From: Abditibacteriaceae bacterium
GTDB taxonomy: Bacteria > Armatimonadota > Abditibacteriia > Abditibacteriales > Abditibacteriaceae
DNA length: 64,000 nucleotides
Assembly: GCA_965277285.1 (NCBI GenBank)
Contig: OZ255721.1
Location: 1,824,001 to 1,888,000 of the forward strand
Direction: 5' to 3'
In this document: piece by piece, positions 8,917 to 19,754 of the stretch
How positions within the stretch are numbered: the stretch's first letter is position 1
Layout of the letters: each line of letters starts with the position of its first letter
Notes under the pieces: model-generated
What the model was told of the DNA's origin: nothing
Seen by the model: the letters and a program-made list of their open reading frames with translations, nothing else
The model's database searches: none
Program-made: the position numbers and the translations under genes

Positions 8917-9037
8917 AACGCCAACGTCCAAAAATGCTCTTCCTGTGCGAAGAACCAATCTATTCTACCTTATCGAAGCGCCATTTTTCAATGGTAATTT
9001 TCGTACATTTCCGCCCATCGAGTACTCGAAATTGGCC

Positions 9038-10462
9038 TCAAGATCGCTCCAACAACGCAACGGTTTCGACGTGCGCAGTTTGCGGAAATAAATCCAGTGG
9101 CACGGCTTTGGCCAGAACGTAACCGGCGCTGTTTAAAGCGCGAATGTCGCGCGCCAGCGTCGCCGCATCGCATGAAACGTAAACGATGCGGCGCGGTTCC
9201 AAGCGCACGATTTCTTCCAAACAAGAGACGGCTCCAGCGCGCGGCGGATCGAGCAAAACCAGATCAAATCGTTCCGTTTCCACTTTCCTTTTCGAGTGCT
9301 CGCGTGCGCGACGACGCAAAACTTCCGCGACATCGCCCGCCACAAAGTCGGCCTGCAATTCGTTGTTTTGCGCATTGAAACGTGCATTTTCAATCGCCTG
9401 CACGCTTTGCTCAATGCCTAAAACTTTGCCGCCAAGTCGCGCCGCGCCCAAAGCGAACAAACCGACGCCGCAATATAAATCGAGTACTCGATCGTCGCGC
9501 TGAACGTTCGCCAGGCGCAGCGCGGTTTGCAAAAGCAGCGGCGTCGTGGATGTATTCACCTGGAAAAACCCGTCGCCCGTGACACGAAAACGCAAACCGT
9601 CGACGGTTTCTTCGAGCCAGTCGCGGCCACTGAGCAAGCGTGTTTGATGACGATTGAGACGCTGCAGAACGCCGACACATTGCGGCATATATTCGCGGAT
9701 ATAACGCGCAAAATCGTCGCTTTTCGACCACGTTTCATCCGTTGTCTCAACAATCAAAAGTGTTTCGCCGCTGGATGAAGTGCGCGCGAGAACGCGTTTC
9801 AAAACGCCGCGCTTGCTTTGCGCATCGAATGGCGACGCCAAACCGGAATCGCAAGCGGCGCGCACCGCAGACAACAGCGCGTTATTGTTCTCGTTTTGAA
9901 TCAAGCAATGCGCGACATCCACGACGCGATGCGTGTTGTGCGCGAAAAAACCGATTTGCCAACCATCGTTTTGCGCATTAACTACAAAATCGGCTTTGTT
10001 GCGATAGCCAAACTCGCGCGGCGAAGCGATACACGATTCTACGATTTCATTGGCATTGGCGACGCCGCCGATGCGCTGTAAAGTTTGCACAACACGTTCG
10101 CGCTTCGCCTGCAATTGCATCGAGTACTCGATATGTTGCCACTGACAACCACCACATTCCGGCTGTGGCGCCGATTCCGTTTCACGCTGGTAATAAGGGC
10201 ACGGCGGCGCGACGCGATGCGGCGAAGCGTTTAATAATTGAATGATGCGACCGCGCGCAAAACGCGCCTGAGTTTCGACAATCTCGACTGCGGCTTCATC
10301 GTCCGGCGCGGCTAATGACGCAAAAACCGTTCGCCCTTCGGTGTCGCGTCCAACGGCTTCGCCACCCGCACCCAGTGCATGGAATCGCACTTTTGCTGTG
10401 GAATCTTTGCCAGAGGTGAAAGGCTTTATCGAACTAATGTCAGTCGCCGATTTTTCCGCCAT
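9038..10462 (-). CDS. rlmD: 23S rRNA (uracil1939-C5)-methyltransferase
   Basis: TRAM domain, CPYY..CGGCQWQH, FFQVN, VLDLYCGVG, LDPPRAG, YVSCD, DLFPQTAHVE; start may be 10507. Confidence 0.92.
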   Translation of the reverse strand: MAEKSATDISSIKPFTSGKDSTAKVRFHALGAGGEAVGRDTEGRTVFASLAAPDDEAAVEIVETQARFARGRIIQLLNASPHRVAPPCPYYQRETESAPQPECGGCQWQHIEYSMQLQAKRERVVQTLQRIGGVANANEIVESCIASPREFGYRNKADFVVNAQNDGWQIGFFAHNTHRVVDVAHCLIQNENNNALLSAVRAACDSGLASPFDAQSKRGVLKRVLARTSSSGETLLIVETTDETWSKSDDFARYIREYMPQCVGVLQRLNRHQTRLLSGRDWLEETVDGLRFRVTGDGFFQVNTSTTPLLLQTALRLANVQRDDRVLDLYCGVGLFALGAARLGGKVLGIEQSVQAIENARFNAQNNELQADFVAGDVAEVLRRRAREHSKRKVETERFDLVLLDPPRAGAVSCLEEIVRLEPRRIVYVSCDAATLARDIRALNSAGYVLAKAVPLDLFPQTAHVETVALLERS

Positions 10463-10566
10463 TAGCCGCCCCCGAACTTGCTTGCGAGATTTTGAGTGTT
10501 CTCTCATCGTTTCCGAGCGCTTTTGCCAATGTTGATGACGCGCCAAATTTCTCCGCCAGACAGCAC

Positions 10567-10595
10567 GAAAGGCCGGTCTGTTAAACCGGCCTTTC
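10567..10595 (-). terminator. Putative terminator hairpin
   Basis: gaaaggccgg..ccggcctttc just downstream of the 10647-12536 gene. Confidence 0.55.
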
Positions 10596-10646
10596 ACAAG
10601 GCATTATCGAGTACTCGAATCGTCTCGGGTTATTCAGCGCTTTCGT

Positions 10647-12536
10647 TTAGCGGTTGTTGGTGTCAGGACCGTTGGCTTTGGCCAGCGTAGGATTGCGCGT
10701 GCTGTCGCGCATACGCGCGGTACCCAAACCGCCCGTCCATTTGCCTGTCGGATTAGGCAAGCTGTCATCTAGAAATTTGATGACATGCATATTGTAGGTG
10801 ACGGTCAAAGGCTGAGGCGGTACCACAGGAGCGGCAGGCGCTTGAGGACTGCCGGGGTAACCCCCAGACATGCCACCAGGGTAACCCCCAGACATGCCAC
10901 CAGGGTAACCCCCAGACATACCACCGGGGTAACCGCCGGACATGCCACCAGGGTAACCGCCGGACATACCGCCGGGATAACCGCCAGACATACCGCTACT
11001 ACCCATTCCTGTTGATACCGCTGGAGCTTCTTGTTCGTAATAGGCGTCAACCGTATCTTCGGAGCGCACCAATTGATGCGCCGCGATGTCGAACCAGATC
11101 ACGCGCGACATCGTGGCGCGATAGTTAAGAAGTTTCGGAGGCGCGGCGGCTGCACCGCTCGCGCCACTGGCGCCGCCACTGGACATGCCACTGCCGCCTT
11201 CTCCCCCACTTGACATACCGCCTGGGCTACCAGAACCACTGGCGCCGCTACTGGAACCGGCTTCAGTTTGCAGATTGGTGCAAATCGATTTTGCGACATC
11301 ATCCGGCAAGCTGAACTGCGTCACTTCAACGCGCGCGCAACGGCGCTCAAAGCCCGCGGGCGTGGCCAAGTTTTCAAAACCTGTTAGCGACATAGGCACG
11401 CCGGTCAAGTTAAACGCCGCGCGCTTGGTCAATTCGCCGATGAACGTCATATTGGAATTCCAAGTCGCGCCTTTTTGCACCGGATAATTGGGAAACGTCG
11501 GCAAAATGTCGCCTAAGGGCAAAGTCGATGGCTTGTGGCTGATGTTGATTTCTTCGCCGTCAGGTTTGATCATTTTCGTGTAAGCCTGGCTCGATTCGAG
11601 ACCTCGATGCCAGTGAGGATCCCAATACGGCTTGCCCGTATAACCTGGCGGATAAACCGTATTATCCACTGCTGCGCCACTGGGAGCGCCGCCCATACTT
11701 TCGGAACCACCACCTGATCCTGATGAGCCGCTTGTACTACCGCCCAAACGCTTGCGGTCAAAGGCGCTGGCGACCACCATGCGAATATTGGCCGAACCCT
11801 CGAGCATCCCAACATCGCGCACGACGCGCCGAACCAAGACATCGACCTGATGATCGAGCGGCGCCGCCGTCAATTTAGGCGCGTTCGGATCGACGGTTGC
11901 ACCGCCAGAACCCATTGAACCAGCAGGCCCGCTCATTCCACCGGACGCGCTCATTCCACTCGACGACGCCTCGTTGCCCGTAATAGTCGCATCGCTGACG
12001 GCGAAAATGCGAAAACGCTGAACCTTGGTATTAGCGGCATCTTGCGGCGTCCAGTTGACCAGCAGAACCGAGTCTTCGCTGACGCCAGCGCTGCCCGCAT
12101 TCACCACATTGAAAGTGACGCTGCGACTTCCGACCTGCCGACCGCTGGCGCTAAAGGAAACGATGGTGAGCGTGTGCTTTCCGTCCGTTAATCCTCCAGC
12201 ATCTAATTCGTAGCTGGTTTGCGTTGTCGCCACGCGAAAACTTTCCGCTTTGTTGGTCGGCGTCAAATCGACGTAAATCGAAGCATAGCCGCCATCGGGA
12301 ATACCGTTGAACATGACTTTCGTGGCGCCTTTGAGCGTGTTGTTCGGCAAAGGATAAGTAATGTTGACGCCATTATCGGCAGCGGCATCGGTATCTTGCG
12401 CTCGCACGATCTGCGGCGGAGCGACAAATGCGCCCACCGCCAACAGCGGCAACAAGCGAATGGCGCGCGACCACGTTTTCAAGCGGCGTGCAGTACGACG
12501 TGAAGGGCGAATTTCAATCAGGCAATCGGGGTGCAT
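10647..12536 (-). CDS. Secreted protein with N-terminal Ig-like domain and Gly/Ser/Met-rich repeats
   Basis: Signal peptide (..VRA-QD), Ig-like [17 protein letters not shown] before ATG. Confidence 0.8.
   Translation of the reverse strand: MHPDCLIEIRPSRRTARRLKTWSRAIRLLPLLAVGAFVAPPQIVRAQDTDAAADNGVNITYPLPNNTLKGATKVMFNGIPDGGYASIYVDLTPTNKAESFRVATTQTSYELDAGGLTDGKHTLTIVSFSASGRQVGSRSVTFNVVNAGSAGVSEDSVLLVNWTPQDAANTKVQRFRIFAVSDATITGNEASSSGMSASGGMSGPAGSMGSGGATVDPNAPKLTAAPLDHQVDVLVRRVVRDVGMLEGSANIRMVVASAFDRKRLGGSTSGSSGSGGGSESMGGAPSGAAVDNTVYPPGYTGKPYWDPHWHRGLESSQAYTKMIKPDGEEINISHKPSTLPLGDILPTFPNYPVQKGATWNSNMTFIGELTKRAAFNLTGVPMSLTGFENLATPAGFERRCARVEVTQFSLPDDVAKSICTNLQTEAGSSSGASGSGSPGGMSSGGEGGSGMSSGGASGASGAAAAPPKLLNYRATMSRVIWFDIAAHQLVRSEDTVDAYYEQEAPAVSTGMGSSGMSGGYPGGMSGGYPGGMSGGYPGGMSGGYPGGMSGGYPGGMSGGYPGSPQAPAAPVVPPQPLTVTYNMHVIKFLDDSLPNPTGKWTGGLGTARMRDSTRNPTLAKANGPDTNNR
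10851..10994 (-). repeat. 6 x 24-bp coding tandem repeat (GMSGGYPG)
   Basis: Six consecutive GMSGGYPG units with synonymous variation. Confidence 0.92.
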
Positions 12537-12680
12537 CGAGTACTCCTTCGATGTCAGAAGAATGCAGCACTACAAACACAGGCTGCGTCGTGGCATCAAA
12601 AACGGAACAACAAGGACGATTCCACACATCGAATCGAATTTCAACCAACGAAGTTCAACTAACAGCATTGCAGTGAAATC

Positions 12681-14219
12681 TCAATTTACAAATAGCGTGG
12701 CTTCGAGGGTTTGCGGGGCATTAAAAGTGCTTTTTACCACAAAACGACCCCATCGGTCAACCGCGAAAGTGTAACCGCCATTGGCCACCTGCGCGACAGG
12801 CACGCCATTTTCGACCGCGCGGACCGCGCTCATTGCCGCATGTTGCCAGGGCGATTCCGTGCCGCTGCTCCAATCGTCGTTGGTCAACACGAACAAAACA
12901 CGAGCGCCATGCTGTTGCAAACCGCGCGACGGTTCCTCAAAACAGCTTTCAAAACAAATCAGGCTGCCCACCGCAGTGCGTCCTATTTCACGTTGCGCAA
13001 TCCATAAAGGTTTCGTTCCGCTGCCCGCTTGCACTTCCGGCGAAGGCGCCAGAGCACGCAAAAACGGCAGCGTTTCGCTCCACGGCGCGCGCTCGCCAAA
13101 CGGCACCAGATGGTTTTTCGCGCGGCTTTGAACTTGTTCGCTGCCATCAAAAAGCAAGGCTTCGTTGGAACGCGCGCCGTTGGCAATCGGAACCGCCGCG
13201 CCCGACAAAATCGGCGTTCCCAATGTGCGACTGAGTTCGTTCGCTTGAAACGCTTGCAGACCACCCAAATCGCGCCCCATCGAGTACTCGATGGCGTCCG
13301 CAGTGTCACTCGAAGCCGCGTCTGACGCCTTTTCCTTTGTTGTAAATTGACGCGCGACGAGAAAAGTCGTTTCCGGCCAAACGACGAGATCGTAATGATT
13401 TTGTCGCGCCGCGCGCGCCGTCAGTTCATAAGCCTGCGCGAACGCGTCTTGCCCATTTGAACCGCTCGCCGTCGTTTGCACCAATAAAACACGAAGCTGT
13501 CGCGCTTGATGCGGCCTTTCATCGGCTTGATGCAAACGCCAGGCGCCCCAGCCGTGCAAAACGAGCAAAACAAAAAGCGGCGCGCGCCACAAAATCGCCG
13601 ATTTTCTTTGCGCAGCCGTTCGCAACCACAACGCCAAACTCGCGGCGCACCAAATGCAAACGAAAGTCAGGCCATGTTGTCCCGCGAACGAAGCGGTTTG
13701 CAACAACGCCACATCGCGCCATTGCGTGTAAGCCAACGCGCCCCAACTGTGCGCCAGCGGGCTGGTGCAGCGCAACCAATCGAGAGATGTCCACATCGCG
13801 GCTGTCAGCAAAGGCCACAGCCACAAAGGAAATCGAGTACTCGAAACCGCTGAATTCCAACTCCACGCAATCAGCGCAATCATAAAACCGTGAATAATCC
13901 CGATCAGAATGACGCCAATAATGCCCAGAAAAAAGCCGATAAACATCGACACACCGATCATTGGAGAGCCACGCGTGATGGCGAGCGCGATCCACCAGTT
14001 GAGCAACGTGAAACAAAGCCAGCCGCAGCGCCAGCCAACCCAGAAACGCCGCCTCGCGTTCAAACCATGCAACGACCACAAAAGCGGCAAAGGCGCGATC
14101 CAACCCAACGCGAACAATCCGCTTTGCAACGTGGCCAGCCACCACAAAACAGCCGTCAAAAGCGCACAAAACCAGCGCACGCGCGGCGTTTCAGGTATCA
14201 AAGAAGCAGGAAAAGGCAC
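12681..14219 (-). CDS. lnt: Apolipoprotein N-acyltransferase
   Basis: N-terminal TMs; VVWPET, KNHLVPFGE, ICFES catalytic triad; TNDDW, RAVENG. Confidence 0.93.
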   Translation of the reverse strand: MPFPASLIPETPRVRWFCALLTAVLWWLATLQSGLFALGWIAPLPLLWSLHGLNARRRFWVGWRCGWLCFTLLNWWIALAITRGSPMIGVSMFIGFFLGIIGVILIGIIHGFMIALIAWSWNSAVSSTRFPLWLWPLLTAAMWTSLDWLRCTSPLAHSWGALAYTQWRDVALLQTASFAGQHGLTFVCIWCAASLALWLRTAAQRKSAILWRAPLFVLLVLHGWGAWRLHQADERPHQARQLRVLLVQTTASGSNGQDAFAQAYELTARAARQNHYDLVVWPETTFLVARQFTTKEKASDAASSDTADAIEYSMGRDLGGLQAFQANELSRTLGTPILSGAAVPIANGARSNEALLFDGSEQVQSRAKNHLVPFGERAPWSETLPFLRALAPSPEVQAGSGTKPLWIAQREIGRTAVGSLICFESCFEEPSRGLQQHGARVLFVLTNDDWSSGTESPWQHAAMSAVRAVENGVPVAQVANGGYTFAVDRWGRFVVKSTFNAPQTLEATLFVN

Positions 14220-14268
14220 GACAAGAAGGATTTGGTCTAAAAAACTAAACAGCTATCGGAGAACAACT

Positions 14269-14625
14269 ATGACATTCGATTACGCACGCGACATCAACGC
14301 TTTATCGCACGAGCAAAAACTTCGCTTTTACGAAACTCTGGCGCACAAGCTGACAGTTTCCATACGCGGGATTTGGTTAGACAAAAGTTGTGACGATACG
14401 CAGAAAGTTGAGCAGATGAAATGGCTCAATGAAATCATGCACCGTGTCATAGCGAAAATCTCGGTTGAGCGTCGTCAAACTCACCAATGGACGGAAAACG
14501 ATATGTACGGCATGATGACGAATTACGTGCGGCTGTGTCCCGCATTGAGCGGTTACGTTTTTCAGGATATAACAAGCAGCTATCAATTTGCCTCGCATCT
14601 GCAAGAAGATGATGCAACGCTATAA
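14269..14625 (+). CDS. Hypothetical protein
   Basis: GGAG SD before ATG 14269; 118 aa helical ORF filling the gap between lnt and divIC. Confidence 0.7.
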   Translation: MTFDYARDINALSHEQKLRFYETLAHKLTVSIRGIWLDKSCDDTQKVEQMKWLNEIMHRVIAKISVERRQTHQWTENDMYGMMTNYVRLCPALSGYVFQDITSSYQFASHLQEDDATL

Positions 14626-14642
14626 CATTTGCGCCATGACAA

Positions 14643-15173
14643 TTATTGCTGAGCGTTTTTGTCGCCTTGCAATTTGTGCATCCAATGGGAAAGCGTGCGG
14701 GCTGTGCGCTGCCAGGCGTTGCCGCCGTCGTCCTTGTCGCTGAGCGTGGTTGTGTCCGTCATTCCAGTACTCGATACGATGTCATTTGACGCGTTATCGG
14801 GTACCGCTTTATCGGCGGGAAAGAGCAAAATGCGCTGGCCAGGCTTGAGAAAACCGTGTTCGAGCAAAACTTGTTCGCGGCCTTTGGGCAACTGCAAAAA
14901 CGCCAGGCGATGATCGAGCGCGCTTTGCGTTTCGCTCAGGCTGGCCAATTGCACGGCTTTGAAATCGGCCTGGCGCTGGTATTTGCGATATTGCGCGAAA
15001 TTGGCCGCCATCATCGCCGAAAGCGCCAGAAAAACCAGCATCGCGGGAATTATCCACAACAAACGTGGCGCACGACGACGGGCGCGCTTGCGACGCACTG
15101 CGCGAACACGTTCATCAATGTGCGACGAAGACAGCGTAGAACCTTTGGCAGGAATGGCGGAAGTGCGTTGCAT
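14643..15173 (-). CDS. Septum formation initiator (FtsB/DivIC-like)
   Basis: Single TM, coiled coil, E..LLEHGFLKPGQRI; located downstream of eno as in many bacteria. Confidence 0.7.
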   Translation of the reverse strand: MQRTSAIPAKGSTLSSSHIDERVRAVRRKRARRRAPRLLWIIPAMLVFLALSAMMAANFAQYRKYQRQADFKAVQLASLSETQSALDHRLAFLQLPKGREQVLLEHGFLKPGQRILLFPADKAVPDNASNDIVSSTGMTDTTTLSDKDDGGNAWQRTARTLSHWMHKLQGDKNAQQ

Positions 15174-15208
15174 GAATGTGTTTCGCCTTTCGAGTACTCG
15201 AACGAAGC

Positions 15209-15271
15209 GAACCCGAAGCGTCAGCGAGGGAGATGTAAATTATCAATCTCCCTCGCTGACGCTCCGGGTCC
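15209..15271. repeat. REP-like doublet, family A
   Basis: gaacccgaagcgtcagcgagggagat pairs with atctccctcgctgacgctccgggtc. Confidence 0.85.
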
Positions 15272-15274
15272 GTT

Positions 15275-16663
<1,389 letters not shown>

Positions 16664-16669
16664 TTAAGC

Positions 16670-16710
16670 AAAACAGAGCCGTTTCTTTTTCAGAAATCGG
16701 CTCCGTTCTT
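16670..16710 (-). terminator. Putative terminator hairpin
   Basis: aaaacagagccgtttc..gaaatcggctccgttc imperfect stem with U-run on the minus strand, after the PPIase gene. Confidence 0.5.
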
Positions 16711-16750
16711 ACAACAAATCGTTAATCGAGTACTCGATTATGAAATCATC

Positions 16751-17797
16751 TTACGCGTTCACCTGGATTTTGGCGGTTTGTTTGAGTTGCGCGATGAGAG
16801 TGTCCAATTTCTGGCGGACTTGTTGCTTGACCAGAAAGCCGCGAATGGTGGTTTTAAGATCGCCGTCGAGCGCGGGTTTGTGCGAAGCTTCATCAACGCG
16901 AACGATGTGGTAGCCGAAAACAGTTTCAACCGGCCCCAGAATTTGTCCGCTTTGCGCCGCGAAAACAGCGTCCGCGAACGGTTTCATCGGCGGCAAGGCT
17001 TCGTCTTGGGCAAATTCGCCGGTATCGCCGCCGTCGCCACCGTCGCCATTGGCGCCCGGATCTTGCGAATACTGCTTGATGAGAGCGTTGAAATCGGCGT
17101 TGGGCACCTGCGCTTTTTTTAAAATGTCGAGCGCCTGCGCACGGATTTTCGCTTTGTCGGCGGCGCTTGCGTTTTGAGGAACCATCAGCAAAATCTGATG
17201 CGCGCGCGCTTGATTGGGGATTTCAAACTCGGAAGACGGCGCATCGTAAAATTTTTGAATAGCGGCGTCGGAAATCGTGACATCAGCGGCCAAACGCTTG
17301 CTCAATTCGTTCAGGACCAACTGTTCGCCGTAGAACTTGCGAAGTTGCGCTTCGGTTTTGTTGCCGGTTTTCAAAAACGCCTGATACGCGGCGGGCGTGC
17401 CCAACTGCGCCTTGAACGAGTTGACCAGCGTATCCACATCTGTCGGCGAGGCCACGATGTGACGATGCGCGGCTTCGACCAGCAGCAAACGGCTGTTAAT
17501 CCAGTTTTCGATCTGGCTTTGGCGAATCGTCGTTAAAGCTTTCTTTGCCGCGTCCGTGTTCGTTTGCAACGAGGGATCGCTCGCTTGGATGGCAGCGACT
17601 GCGCGGTCGAGATCGGCGCGCATCAACTTGTCGTTGTTGACTGTAACCGCCACCGCATTCGCGCTCGTGGCCGCAGCCGTCGCGGGCGTTGTCGCAGATG
17701 GCGTTGTGGCGGCGCGAGCCGTTAAAGTTGTGAGCGACGACAAACAAACAGCAGGCGCCACGACCCACAAAATGGTCGGCGCAATTCGGTTCTTCAT
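16751..17797 (-). CDS. Peptidylprolyl isomerase, SurA/PrsA/parvulin family
   Basis: Signal peptide, SurA_N (VTVNNDKL), ARAHQIL, YSQDPG..GGDTG, GPVETVFGYHIV. Confidence 0.9.
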   Translation of the reverse strand: MKNRIAPTILWVVAPAVCLSSLTTLTARAATTPSATTPATAAATSANAVAVTVNNDKLMRADLDRAVAAIQASDPSLQTNTDAAKKALTTIRQSQIENWINSRLLLVEAAHRHIVASPTDVDTLVNSFKAQLGTPAAYQAFLKTGNKTEAQLRKFYGEQLVLNELSKRLAADVTISDAAIQKFYDAPSSEFEIPNQARAHQILLMVPQNASAADKAKIRAQALDILKKAQVPNADFNALIKQYSQDPGANGDGGDGGDTGEFAQDEALPPMKPFADAVFAAQSGQILGPVETVFGYHIVRVDEASHKPALDGDLKTTIRGFLVKQQVRQKLDTLIAQLKQTAKIQVNA

Positions 17798-18126
17798 TTT
17801 CTTCTCCTTGGAACATCTCAAAAGTACATCTCAAAAGCGGCCTCCTGACGATTCGCCACACGCGAAGTTCGCTTCACGCAAAGTTCGCTGCAAAGCCTTT
17901 CGACGTTCACTTTCATCAAGCTCATCAAGCAAAAAGACCAATCGAGTACTCAATTGCTTGTAGCGGCGCCGTTATATCGGCATTTCTATCGCGGCATTTC
18001 AGGGAAACCATCAAAGATTGTAAGGCGTCGCAGGCCGACTGTCAAAGTTTGGCGTTCAAAGTCATAGAGCTTTGTTTCGTTCGTTATAATTTCAAGGTGA
18101 CGTTTCCGGTGATGTTTGAAAGACTT

Positions 18127-19632
18127 ATGAACGCTTTTCGATTTGCTTGCTTTTTGACCTGCACTGTCATGTTGGCTTTATCGGCGCCCGTTTTCGCCGC
18201 GCCCGCAAATGCCCGGCGGGCACGGTTTTCATCCTCGCGCTTTGCCAAGCTTCCAATGATTGCGCCCGCGCCGATTGCGCCGGTGATGATTCCTCCGGCG
18301 CGCATTTCCGCCAATCTGTCGGCATTGCCTGAAAACGGCAAGCTGGGAAAGTTCGAGCCAGCGCGCGGTTGTTACATCGGCGCTTTCATCGAAAAAGACT
18401 TCGCTTTTCAATATAAAAACTCGGACGAGAAAATTGAGGAATTTGAAACCTTGACGCGCAAAAAACACGCGTCCTATTTCACGTATGTCGGCTACGGAAC
18501 GCCGTTTCCGAGCGATTGGGTGGCGTCTGTCAAGCGCGAAGGTGGCGCTCCGCAAATCGCTTTTGAGCCGAATCACGGCTTGGAAGAAGTTGTGGACGGC
18601 GCATATTTGCGAGCCTGGGCGCGCGATGCGGCGCGTTCGGGCGTGCCGATTTTCTTGCGCTGGGCCAGCGAAATGAACGGCACTTGGATGAAATATTCCG
18701 GCTCGCCCGATCAATACAAAACCAAATTCCGCATGGTCGCCAAAATCATGCGCGAAGAAGCGCCCAATGTGGCGATGGTGTGGACGCCTTTCGCCGAACC
18801 GCACGAAAACATTCCCAAATATTATCCGGGCGACGAGTGGGTCGATTGGGTTGGCATCAACATTTATTGCGTCTATGTCAACAACGGCGACCCCAGTCGT
18901 CCGGCCTACAACATTGATCCTTTGCAACAATTGCGCTTTATTTACGACTTGTATTCGGCGCGCAAGCCGATTCACATCAGCGAATTTGCCGCGACCGTGC
19001 AATGCAAAGGCACCGGAAAGAATACCGTCGATTTCGCCATCGGCAAGATGACGCGCTTTTACAACGGCTTGCGCACGCAGTTTCCGCGCGTCAAATCGGT
19101 CAACTGGTTTTGCCTGGACACGATTCGCGCCGGTTTAGCCAATAATAATTATTCGTTCTTACAAAACGGTCGCGCCCTCAATACTTATACAAATCTCGTC
19201 GGCGACCCTTACTTTCTGTCCAAAGTCGCATTCGCGCCGTCCGATTTCGCCGTCAAAATCCCCGACAGCAGCACGATTGGCGCGCGCGGCATTCATTTGC
19301 GCGACGGCACGCCTTCTGACCTGGATTTGCTGTCCAATCAAGCGATTGTGGCGCAGACGATCACCGAGCCACGTCTGCGCGGCGTGCAAAACGGCGAAAT
19401 CGTCAACGGCGACCTGATTTTGACCGCGCAAATCCCCGAAGGCTTGCAACCGATGGGCGTCATCTGGAAAATCGACGGACGAACGGTTGCGCTGTCCAAC
19501 ACAACGCCGTATCGCCTGGTCGTCGGGCGCGAACGTTTCACCGCGGGCAATCACCGAGCTCAGCTTCAAGTCATGGATCGCCGCGACGGTTCGCTTTTCT
19601 CCTCGCCACCAATCGACTTTCACTGGAATTAA
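18127..19632 (+). CDS. Glycoside hydrolase family 26-like secreted protein
   Basis: Signal peptide; FEP..GCYIGA, FLRWASEMNG, YYPGDEWVDWVG, KPIHISEF; C-terminal Ig-like domain. Confidence 0.85.
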   Translation: MNAFRFACFLTCTVMLALSAPVFAAPANARRARFSSSRFAKLPMIAPAPIAPVMIPPARISANLSALPENGKLGKFEPARGCYIGAFIEKDFAFQYKNSDEKIEEFETLTRKKHASYFTYVGYGTPFPSDWVASVKREGGAPQIAFEPNHGLEEVVDGAYLRAWARDAARSGVPIFLRWASEMNGTWMKYSGSPDQYKTKFRMVAKIMREEAPNVAMVWTPFAEPHENIPKYYPGDEWVDWVGINIYCVYVNNGDPSRPAYNIDPLQQLRFIYDLYSARKPIHISEFAATVQCKGTGKNTVDFAIGKMTRFYNGLRTQFPRVKSVNWFCLDTIRAGLANNNYSFLQNGRALNTYTNLVGDPYFLSKVAFAPSDFAVKIPDSSTIGARGIHLRDGTPSDLDLLSNQAIVAQTITEPRLRGVQNGEIVNGDLILTAQIPEGLQPMGVIWKIDGRTVALSNTTPYRLVVGRERFTAGNHRAQLQVMDRRDGSLFSSPPIDFHWN

Positions 19633-19754
19633 ACGAAGCAAAACCGCGCTCCTCGAGTACTCGATTGTTCTTTCAACAACTTTTGCGAAAAAGGCAATGC
19701 AAAAAAGGCAAAAGGCGTGCAAGTTCCCTTCTTGAAGCTGAAAAAGGAGCTTGT

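Noticed and set aside
17850..18110. Possible riboswitch or ncRNA in the PPIase-GH26 divergent spacer
   Set aside because: Short repeats (aagttcgct) are present, but I could not match a known riboswitch consensus.
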